Below, one piece after another: positions 53,501-64,000 of a stretch of 64,000 bases of DNA (position 1 is the stretch's first letter; every line of letters begins with the position of its first letter). Under the pieces are notes generated by a model. That model was not told the DNA's origin. It ran no database searches and worked only from the letters and a program-made list of their open reading frames with translations. Source of the stretch: Octopus sinensis (Eukaryota); the NCBI RefSeq assembly GCF_006345805.1, contig NW_021836144.1:62001-126000 (forward strand), in the 5' to 3' direction. A program made the translations under genes and the position numbers.

Positions 53501-56500
53501 ATGTCATTGGCCATTCTTCGTGGCAATGCCACCATGATCATTACCATGGGGTATAGCTAAGCATACCATTTGTTCTGAGGGGCGTGGTCTATTGCTCCCT
53601 CCTCCTTCAACTTCTGCTGCTTTACCCCACCCTTTTCTTTCTTTTCCTTTTTAATCTTTCCTTTTTTTCTGTTTCTTTGTATTTAAATATTATAATTTAA
53701 AATTTGATCTGTTGTATAACTGACTTAAGGAAATGCCATATGTGCTTAGTTTTAATTTCAACAAGTAAATTTCACGGGAATTTTTTTCCTTTAATTGTAA
53801 AGCTTAATGATGGTTAATACCTCTGGAGGTAAGTTAGAATTTGGTAATATTGTTCATTCCGGATTAATTTATTATTATTTAGTAATGAGTTAATAAATAT
53901 CTTGTAAATATATTTGAAAACACTTGCATGTAATCAACCTCACACTATTCATCCAATCTTAACAAATGAGTGATCAACAGGTAAAAACTACACACATTGT
54001 GTAAAGCAATGACCATTAAACTATATCAGCGAATTACATCCAAATTCATACAATGATTATTATTATTATTATTATCATTAATTTTACTTTTTTACGCTAG
54101 ACAAATTACATTTCATCAAAATTTCTAGTTTCTAAAACTTATAGTGCATTTTATACAGAAAAAGCACTTCTGATCTTTAAAGGGATAACTGAGAATATCA
54201 GTTTAGTATATGTTGAAGTAATTCAAATTATGTATTTAAATGATTGACGTTGATAAAGCATTAAAGCTTGTTTTTATATGTTTAGGTGCTAGTGGAAAAT
54301 GACTCATTTTAAATAATAAAAACGATAAATAAACACTGATTTCCAAAATGGAAGTCTACTGAAAATTAGTAATGGTAGAAGATACTTTATCTTCATCTTT
54401 AATTCGATTCACGATTAATCCTCTTAGGATACAAGATGTAGCAGGATACAAGATGTAGCAGGTAAATGCTATTACTGAGAAAATTTGATCTCGAGGGGAA
54501 AAGATAAAGAACCGAAGGGGAAAATGTCAGTAAATATCCAAGGAAGACAAGGAAGTATAAGACAGACAGTTAAAATGTCAAGAATTAGAAGTGAAAATGC
54601 CAATTTGGGTAATATTTAATCAGGTACTTTAGATCCTGTAGTTGAATTCATACACCACAGAAAAAGAATGAAATATGAAAACAATGAACAATGATGATTT
54701 CGAACAAATGTGAGTACCTCTATGGATTTGTCTGACTTGCTAAATTCAATAACCAAATCTCCCACAAATTACACTCTACTCTTTGAAAATATGAGCACAC
54801 ATATCAAAAGTAATGAACACTTAATGTAATACCATTATCATGGATGAAATTAACTGTGTTACAAAGTTGTTAAAATTTTAAAAAATTAATTAAATAATTT
54901 AAACTTATAAATTTTAAATATATATACAAATATATATATATATATATGTGTGTGTGTATGTATGTATATTTTTATATTTATATATTATTTTATTTATTAA
55001 TTTATTTATTTATTAATTAATTAATTTTTTTATATATATATATATGTTTATATATTTATTGGCTAAACTGGCAAAATGACCATTCCGAAATATAACAATA
55101 TATATATATGGTATGCATATTATGTGTGTGCGTGTGCGTGTGTGCATGTCTGTGTGTTTACACATACACACATATACAAATATGTGTAGAGAGAGAGGGG
55201 AAGAAGGGAGATATTCTCCAAAACACAACCCCCTCCTATCATCATCAAACTCTAATGTCACTCTTCTCAATAAGCCCCTGTCATTAATCCTTTCTTTTTC
55301 TCTTGCTGGCAACAATTACACTCAAATGGTGCTTTCCACATGGCACCGATACGGGAGCCAATCCGTGGCCCTGACAACAATCAAGCTTGGATGTGCTTTC
55401 AATATTCCACCACAGCACTAATAAAGTAACCATGTAGCTTGCAAGACTAAGATCCGTTTCATGTGTGTGAAGCTACTATAGAGAAGAATGCAGTTTTATG
55501 CTAAGTGATAAAGATTAGTGTATGAAAGAAAGGCTCCCTTCCCCAACTTCTGGACGGGATTTTTCCTGTAGAAGAGATACACAGCTTATCATTATACAAT
55601 AGTGGGTGGGAGTAATTAGTGTGAAGACAGAAGAGTAATTAGTGTGGTGATGGGGCACATATGTATTCATTCAATAGCTATTTTTTTTTTCTGAGTAAAA
55701 TTGTGTTGTACTTTGGTGGTAGATACTCATTTTGCCTAGCAATCCAATATATGATCACAATAAGCACACCAAAAACCTGAAATGGATTGTGCTAATTCAA
55801 ATGGCTCATGGGTATTATTAATTGATGAATTTTGCATCCTAGAAGACATTATTAGTGTTTGAATGGAGCTGGTGAAAAATGCGATTTATGGCTCTAAGAA
55901 GGAGGAATAAATTCACATCTACTGTTTATGTTTACATTAAATGTATTTTTCTCAATTTTACACAACTATACAATTCCTTCCAAAAATCTGTTTATGAAGG
56001 TAAACCAATGCAGATTATCAGCCGTAATTAAAATCCAATTCTTTGATTATGATAGTTTATAAAATATATGAAAGGTGAAAACAAAAGAATGTAATTCAGA
56101 AAGAGATGGTCAAAAATAATTTTAAAAGATATTTTTGGCTAAGGGCTTTGCTTGAAACACATTCTCACTGAATACAAACTCATTCACATTTACAAACTTC
56201 ATTGGAGGTGAAAGATTTGAAATAACATTTTCACATCAAAAGATTTGGTTGATGGGATTATCAAGTAAAATTTGAATTGCTTTTGGAAGAAACTTGCAGG
56301 ACAAAAAGACGACCTGAAAGAAGTATTTAAGACAACACTGAATCTCATAACAATGATATCACATGATTAAGAAACATAGAGTGGTACTACATTGTAAACA
56401 TGGCCCAATGTTTTGGTTAGCAAAAAAAAAAAAAACTAACAAAACCTGTAGGAAATAAGAAGAGAAGCTAGGTTTTAAAATGGTATTGTCTCAGTAAATA

Positions 56501-57287
56501 CATGTCCAAATTTCTAAACATAGTCAATCTATACAGATGAAAATATGAGCTTAGAAATATACATTATTTTTATAATTTTTATACATAGGACTAAATCAAA
56601 ATTAAGCTCAACTTATAGGAAAAACATTTATTATTGATTAGTAAAATATGAAACCAAAGTAATTCAATTCTTTTCAGCCTAAATCATGAAGTAGATGTTG
56701 CATGATTTTATGTCTAATATAATGATAGAAATAATTGATAGAGCTAAGCCTAGGAGGTATGACATGAACTAAGTGACCTCTCCACATAACATCAGGTGTT
56801 TACATTATTTTGAAGGAGTTATGAGTGTTTGTTACAGAAGGAAATTAGAGAAAGAATATTGAAAGGCTATTTCTGCAACCATCAGATTTATTCATTTTAC
56901 AAAAAAAATGTAACAAAAGACTAAGAATCAGAACTTCCTTATTGTTACAAAGAGTGTAACTGGTTGGCGTATTTTGAAAAATATTTACCTAGTTCGACAG
57001 AGCTGGCTTTTGATTAAATTCTATTGGGGTGTTTGAATGTCGTGGCTCCTAAATTTAAATTATATTTTTGTTTCTAGTCTTATTTTTTACATTTAAGTAC
57101 TTGATAACCTCAAATATCTTATTCCAGGACAATATTAAGTTATTAAGACCAACAATAATCCCCCACACACACACATCAAATATATCAAGAACACAACAAA
57201 CATAAATACATCTATGTGACTATGTACTTCTTACACATATACCTACACACATACACCTATACACACAAGCACATAACATATAACACA

Positions 57288-57327
<40 letters not shown>

Positions 57328-58581
57328 TCTATCATGTATATGATTTCCTTTGGGTGCCATAGTGCATTCTTATAGTATCATTCTCATCACTTAAAATATT
57401 ATATATAATTTTAACATGATGAAAGGAAAGAATGAAAGCCTATATAGAGCAGCTATAAAAGAACCAAATTATACAGCAAGAAATAGTAAAGAAGCTCAGG
57501 AATTTTGTTGTAGTGTGGCTAAATTACTTGATACCCTTTCATTGTATACTTTAGGAAAGCATCAGGCAACTGATTTTATTGAGATACGATATACTTGAGA
57601 TTTGTTTATTACTAATCTAAAGATTTTGAACTCCTAGAGGATGCTGGCTTTTGCATAGTACATCAACTTTTTCTTTAGTTCTTTGACATAACTCCATTTT
57701 AATACATACTTTATAATTTTGGTTACATTTTAGTAAAAAGTTCAAAAGTATCTAATCATAAAGGCATTAGCCATTTCAAATTTTGGTGCATTAGAAGTTA
57801 TACTACCTGTTCTTGGATATACATGGGACACCAATTCCAAAAAATTATAAACTTTGAAGATATTGCATGCCTTATTATATACAGATCTGTTCATTCATGT
57901 GTTGACCCCCAGCTGCACCTAACATTTTGATGCACTGAAAAACAAACTTTCCCATGGAGCCAAATTGAAAATGATATCTGTTGTCACTTCTCAGTTCATA
58001 TTAATTAATACTAAGCTATTTTGGTAGCAAAATAACAACAATATGAATGCACTTGATATATGCCATTGAAACTGCCATATAATATTAAATCAGTTTATTT
58101 CAGGACAAAATTTTAGAAAAGGAAAGCATTAAACAAACTAAAGTCTCCGCATTGGCTACTAATGCAAAAGTTTTTCTTTACTGAGTTTGGAAAGTAGGAG
58201 TTATTCTATAGTAGCAAAATAAGAAAGTTTATAAGAAATTCTCATTTCAGAGATGCAGTAAACAACACCAAGTCTTGTGCATGATCTTGTATTGTTCTAT
58301 TTACCAAAATCTTTGACAACCATTACACAGTCAACAATTCTGAATTAGCAGATGATAGGATTTCCTATTTTAACAGTTACTCTCAATAAATGCCAAGTTA
58401 CATTGAGTCTAGAGTCACTTAAATTGCTTTGCAGGAAAACTTGGAATTTTAAGCAAAGAGAAAGATTTCATTGGGATATAAAAACAATAGAAGGGAAATA
58501 TTAGCTAAGGTGACATACACACTTGCAAATAGATAACTGCTGGAACCTTCAGTACAAGTGTCCTGGTAAATCTCTCTTTAA

Positions 58582-59004
58582 GTCTTTAGCATTCAGATTA
58601 CTCTGTCAAATGTAATGCTTATTTATTCATTGTTTTGAATTAATCAAGCATTATCACATACTTTTGAGATTTCAATGATGTGATTATGTATTTCAGGATA
58701 AAACATAAAACTGGTAGAATATTTGGGCCAGATATATATTTCTTTACTACCCACAAGGGGCTAAACACAGAGGGGACAAATAAGGACAGACAAACGGATT
58801 ACGTCGACCCCAGTGCGTAACTGGTACTTAATTTATCGACCCCGAAAGGATGAAAGGCAAAGTCGACCTCGGCGGAATTTGAACTCAGAACGTAACAGCA
58901 GACGAAATACAGCTACGCATTTAGCCCAGCGTGCTAACGTTTCTGCCAGCTCGCCGCCTTCTAATATATTTGGGCCAGATATATTGGGTTTAAGTGCTAA
59001 AGGA
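58582..59004. mobile_element. piggyBac-like MITE interrupted by a SINE
   Basis: TTAA|gtctttagcattc … aagtgctaaagga|GTAA (decayed TIR and TTAA site); homologous to 23880-24090. Confidence 0.7.
58738..58958 (-). mobile_element. SINE family 2, full length, nested in the MITE
   Basis: 19-bp TSD atatttgggccagatatat (58719-58737 / 58966-58984). Confidence 0.92.
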
Positions 59005-60498
59005 GTAAACAGATATTTGCCAAGGAAATTTCACTGAGGTTCCCCTTATCTTAGAGACATAGTTGCACCAAGTAGACATTATCTTCTATTTCATACACAG
59101 ACACTTATATATACATGGCTTGATGGTTAAGAAGATAGTTTTACAACTACTTGGTCTGTCTTTGCTCCAACTGTGTTGCACATTTAGCAACTGTTATCTG
59201 CAACAAGCTCAGGCTATCCAAAACCTTGTTAGTGGATTTGGTAGATAGAAACTGAAAGAAACTTGTTGGTGTCTCTATGTCTATATGCATTAACACAGGG
59301 TGTGTGTGTGTCCTTTTCTTGACACTGCATGACAGTTATAAACAAGCATCATCTTCATATACAGAGTGTCTGTCTTTCCTAATGTGTCCAGCCATGCAGA
59401 AACAATACCTTGGTTTGAAACAGAATTACATCTGGCTATAAGAATTCTGCCTTGATGACTTCTATCTGGCCCATGCAAGCATGGTAAAGTTAGCATTAAA
59501 ATAATGGTGATGATGATTACGATATAGCTTTGAAGAGATAAAAAAATCTAAGTTACTGGAGATGTAACATAGAGTTCAAAGAAGATAGGGTGGGCAGAAA
59601 TGTATTTTTTTTTTGTAATTATTGGATGACCATTAGTTTATTTGTTGCTCACCAGAGTACAGTTTGATACCTTCGGTTCTATGTGATATAGAGAATTTGA
59701 GTGTTCGATTGTGTTATTTGGTTGTGGGTGTGTTTGCATGTATGTATGTGTTTGTGCACATGTTTGAATGCGTGAGTGTATTTTTTTTATATAATGAAGC
59801 AGATGTGGGGTTGGGGGTTGGAAGCAAATTCTTAAGGGTGTAGTCAAAATATTTGTCAGTGTGTGTGTGTGTGAGTGTTTGTATCTGTGTATATGTATGT
59901 AAATGGAAATTTAAGGGATGAAAATAGGAAATGAATTTGAAATATACATGACACTGAAGTCAAAATAGCAATAGTTCTCATATTCATGGTCAAGATCATT
60001 AAGTTTTGAATGCATTAGTGAAGTGTGAGTTGAGGTGTGTTAGTGGGCGTGTGACGGTGTGTGTATGTTATTGTACATAGGTAGAATAGCAGTACTGTCT
60101 TCAATTACAATTTTCAAAGACAGATCTTGTAGAAGGAGTGAGTTGGTGAGAGTGTTTGTGTGTAAGTATAATGTGCATGTGAATTTGTGCGTGCATGCCT
60201 AATAAATGGCTGTCTTTAGATGAAGTTTTCAAAGGAGAGGGTTGTGTGTGTGCAGGAGTAATGGAATGTTGCGGTGTGTTTAATGTGTTTGGATTTGGTG
60301 GTTTAATCTAGGGAGGGACTCTTTTCTTAATTATAGGATATATTTAATTAACTTTGTTAGAGCTAATTATCTTTAATTTGTTGTAAATTGCAAAATTAGG
60401 GTTCACATCATAGTAGTGTCATAGGGGTGCGATGCTTGGCGAGTAAGGAAGAGAGAGCTAAATGTGGTAAAATGATGGTGGTAGGAATTTTTAAAGTA

Positions 60499-61043
60499 TT
60501 GGGTTGTCCGGAAAGTTCATGCCGAATTTTAAATGAAAGAAAAAGGTCAATAAATACTTGCCATTACATTTTTAATCAACCAAATATGAACCATTTTGTT
60601 GCACAATGCATCTCCATCTTCCCTTTAACTTGAAAATACCCTCTTCCCAGAATTGAGGTGGTTTCATGGCAAAGAATTCATCAAAGTATCTTTTTACGTC
60701 ATCCAAGGAATTGAAATTTTTACCATTAAGACTATTCTGCAGAGACCTGAATAAGTGGAAATCCGAAGAAGCAATATCTGGTGAATATGGAGTGTAAGGT
60801 AACACATCCCAGCCAAGCTGCAGCAATTTTTGTCAGGTTCCCAAAGCATCAAGTGCCGAAAATGAACTTTCTTATCTTCCATTGTAAAAGGTTACAGAAT
60901 TAACACAGGTAATAGGAACATAAATCTTCTTCCACGAAAAGATAGCTTAAACTGCGCTCTAAATGCAGGTGTAGTCAAATCCTATTTTATGGACTCACCA
61001 TGTTCTAAAATAAGTCGAAAGGTAAGCTACTAAAAATTGGCAC
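60499..61043 (-). mobile_element. Internally deleted mariner with intact transposase C-terminus
   Basis: ORF 60572-60826 LGWDVLPYTPYSPDIASSDFHLFRSLQNSLNGKNF…WEEGIFKL..RW..IV.QNG.Y; start MEDKKVHFRHLMLWE at 60882; TA|ttgggttgtccggaaagttcatgccg TIR at 60499; the other TIR is cut after aaaattggcac by a (CA) tract. Confidence 0.92.
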
Positions 61044-61441
61044 ACACATATATACATAGATAGACACACACACAAACAAACTCCTGAATACATACACAGT
61101 TATATACATACATTTACATATATGCATATGTATATATTCATACACACATGCATGTGCAAATGTATATGAAACAATATAGATAGACTTGAATGGGTAAGAA
61201 AATAGAAACTTGCACTTAAATATTATTCATATACAAGGGTGTGTGGGTGTACATGCATGCACTTCCACATGTGTGTACACACATACACACTCACATATAA
61301 CTGTGCAGAGGTGCAGGATTGGTTGTGTGAAAGTAAAGGCATATAAGTGACTGAATAATACATTTACTGATATCATGGAATGCTTGCTGGGTTGTAAACA
61401 ATTCAGTGAACACAGTTGAAACAGTATCATATCAATATATA

Positions 61442-61739
61442 TAAAAAGCACCATCCGATCGTGGCCGTTTGCCAGCCTCGCCTCACCTCCATGCCGGTGG
61501 CACGTAAAAAGCACCATCCGATTGTGGCCGTTTGCCAGCCTGGTCCGACACCTGTGCCAGTGGCACGTAAAAAGCACCCACTACACTAAATGGAGTGGTT
61601 GGCATTAGGAAGGGCATCCAGTCATAGAAACATTGCCAGATCAGACTGGGCCTGGTGCAGCCTTCTGGCTTCCCAGACCCCAGTTGCACCGTCCAACCCA
61701 TGCCAGCATGGAAAACGGACGGTAAACGATGATGATGAT
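61442..61739 (+). mobile_element. Family 4 RTE-tailed element with two 63-bp tandem units
   Basis: Units 61442-61504 and 61505-61567 (caccatccgat.gtggccgtttgccagcct) match the 16.1 kb unit; same body and (GAT)n tail. Confidence 0.85.
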
Positions 61740-63300
61740 ATATATATATTGAAGCAAAATGAACATCATTGCAGCAACAATTTGTGGGAATGCTCAATGT
61801 AACTCACCCTTGTTGAAGCTTGACAAAACCACAACGGCATACTTTTCTAAGGTGTATGTACATTCAGCATGATACATATGCTAATTTAATGTTTCAATTA
61901 CCTTCATCTCATTATCTATCTAACCTACATATAGGTAGGCATCTAGAGACATAATGAAGTAGGCAGTTATAGGCATTTGGATAAAGTAAGTGGAGATAAG
62001 TGAGAATAGCTGTAGATATATGCACCAATGTAAGAATAAGTGATCAGGTATGGCAGATTTAGAAATAATATAGAACATGTAATGCATAAGTGTATGCATA
62101 CACATGTAGGATATTTGCTTCAGTATGAGTTCTGTGTAGGAAAACAAGGACAATCCTAATGTAAGGAGTAGCAGACAGTGTGCATTGTTTATGTTAGAGG
62201 ATGTCAACATAAAACAGAGGGGTTGTGTATGTACATACATGAGGAAATGAGTATAAATGAAATATAGAAGGCTTAATGCTGCTGCCATATAATCCGTTGT
62301 GTGTGAGTACCATTGTATATGATGGGGTATAAAACACTTATATACAGGGTTGAATTAATAACAATATTGGTAGTGATTTGATGTATAGGTTCATTGTTGC
62401 TATCTTTACCCTGACATTCAGATACAAAACAGCACAAACAAAAATTTACACACACATCCATATATCCCATCCATTGGTCTTGCAGATGAACTTTATATTT
62501 GTTTGATCAACTGAACTACATACTCATTTAATTATAGTGTAAATGACCAATTTTTCCACAAGCAGATGTAGCACTTCACACAATAGTAAAAACAGTGTAT
62601 GACAAAGTTGTCCATTTCAATTACAAGTATAACTCATCTAGTGATTTTCCATACAGTTTCTTTCTATGCAAATCTTTCTACAAGTCTTAGGTCAATTTAA
62701 GGCTGTGGTAAATGATATTTAACATGCTAGCATGGAAGGTAGATATTAAATGATGATGATGTATCACAGAGTAGGATTGAACCTTTAACTATACAGCAGT
62801 GCTTGCATACATACATAAATGCAATCAACCAGTGTGTAGGATGTGACATTAAAAGGTGTTCTTTAATGCTATTTGTGACAAAGTAATCTAGTTTTTATAC
62901 ATTTTATACATTTACACAGAATGCTTGAGTGCTAAACTATAAAGATATCTTTAGAATATAATCTGAAATAACATGCATGAATATTCTTAAACGGACCAAC
63001 ATTCATAATAAAATGGTCAAGTTCAAACTAAAATTATGTGGTAGGAAATCAAATTACAGAATATTGAAATAGCTTAACCTGTAACCTGATAGGCACACTA
63101 GTATGCCAGCACTAAGAATAGTAATGCACTAACACACAATCTACCAATCACCCCAAAAGAGTCAGATATACACACTCAGGTTTATCTGTGCAGATACTAA
63201 CTATATAAGACATACACACAGTGGTACATGAACATACACCTTTATACAAGAATAAATATATAATGATGCAGGCTGCTGCATATAAATATACATATACATA

Positions 63301-63454
63301 GGCACAGGAGTGGCTGTGTGGTAAGAAAGTTGCTTCTGGGTTCATTCCCACTGCATGGCACCTTGGGCAAGTGTCATTAACTATAGCCTTAGGCTGACCA
63401 AAGCCTTGTGAGTGGATTTGGTAGACAGAAACTGAAAGAAGCCCATTGTATGTA

Positions 63455-63509
<55 letters not shown>

Positions 63510-63903
63510 GGTTAAGTAATTGAGATTCAAGTGAATTCTAAAGAATTCACATGAATATGGTCCTTAACTAGGATGCACCGGAAATCTATATGGTGTTAAC
63601 CATACGACAAGTGGGGTGATTACAAATAGGAAAAAAGCAACAAGAATGGATTAAAATTTCGGTACGAGATTTTAATCCATTCTTGTTGCTTTTTTCCTAT
63701 TTATATATATATATCATCATCATCATCGTTTAACGTCCGTTCTCCATTTGTGTGTATGTGTGTGTTAGTTCCCCCCACCCCATTGTCTGCAAAAGAGACC
63801 AACAAAGTACTAGGCTTACAAATAATAAATCTTGGAGTCGAGTTGTTTGACTATGGGTGGTATTCCAGCATGGCCGCAGTCAAATGACTGAAACGAGTAA
63901 GAG
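63301..63903 (+). mobile_element. SINE family 1, diverged, with insertions in its microsatellite linker
   Basis: Head 63301-63450 and tail ~63760-63903 are separated by (TG)(TA)n, a ~195-bp insert and a minus-strand family 4 tail fragment (catcatcatcatcgtttaacgtccg). Confidence 0.8.
63624..63702. repeat. Hairpin inverted repeat, 38-bp arms, 3-nt loop
   Basis: aaataggaaaaaagcaacaagaatggattaaaatttcg-gta-cgagattttaatccattcttgttgcttttttcctattt; one T/G mismatch. Confidence 0.97.
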
Positions 63904-64000
63904 TATACCTAGATATATAACTTCACAAACTCAAATGTATACTCACATACATAGACTTACCCCCTCCACACACACACACATGTATGTGTCTGTGTGTATA

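Noticed and set aside
52306-54459. Short tandem duplications (16 bp at ~52313-52344; 17 bp at 54426-54459)
   Set aside because: Ordinary slippage duplications with no further structure.
56130-56370. Frames on both strands open apart from single stops
   Set aside because: No motif or splice framework; compatible with chance in AT-rich DNA.
1-64000. Most 60-120 aa ORFs in the track as genes
   Set aside because: They translate microsatellites (YIYI, HTHT, VCVC, poly-L/I), SINEs (recurring RHLPKVPRSGTEP, RPRKDERQS, EDTCPRCH peptides) or antisense transposons; several start at GTG/TTG, which is not meaningful in this eukaryotic context.

Overview
AT-rich, repeat-dense eukaryotic genomic DNA, most likely octopus (coleoid cephalopod), judged from recognisable tRNA-derived SINE families, RTE-LINE 3' ends with (GAT)n tails and very frequent (TA)n/(CA)n/(ATC)n microsatellites. 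This assignment is from memory, not a database search. No gene could be named, and nearly every ORF in the track is a translation of microsatellite, SINE or antisense-transposon sequence. Supported content: three SINE families (several copies with 8-19 bp target-site duplications), an RTE-tailed element carrying a variable ~62-bp tandem unit, several RTE reverse-transcriptase C-terminal remnants, a decayed APE endonuclease, three mariner derivatives (a 5'-5' fold-back, a decayed near-full-length copy and an internal-deletion copy), a hAT-type MITE and two piggyBac-like MITEs. Two long near-perfect palindromes lie at 38258-38365 and 63624-63702. Three phase-compatible minus-strand candidate exons (12848-12764, 9197-9104, 3546-3468) would encode an unidentified protein with a possible signal peptide, but this model is tentative and plus-strand candidates also exist. 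I found no convincing new biological system; the best leads are the fold-back structures (possible dsRNA/ADAR substrates) and the unannotated exon chain.
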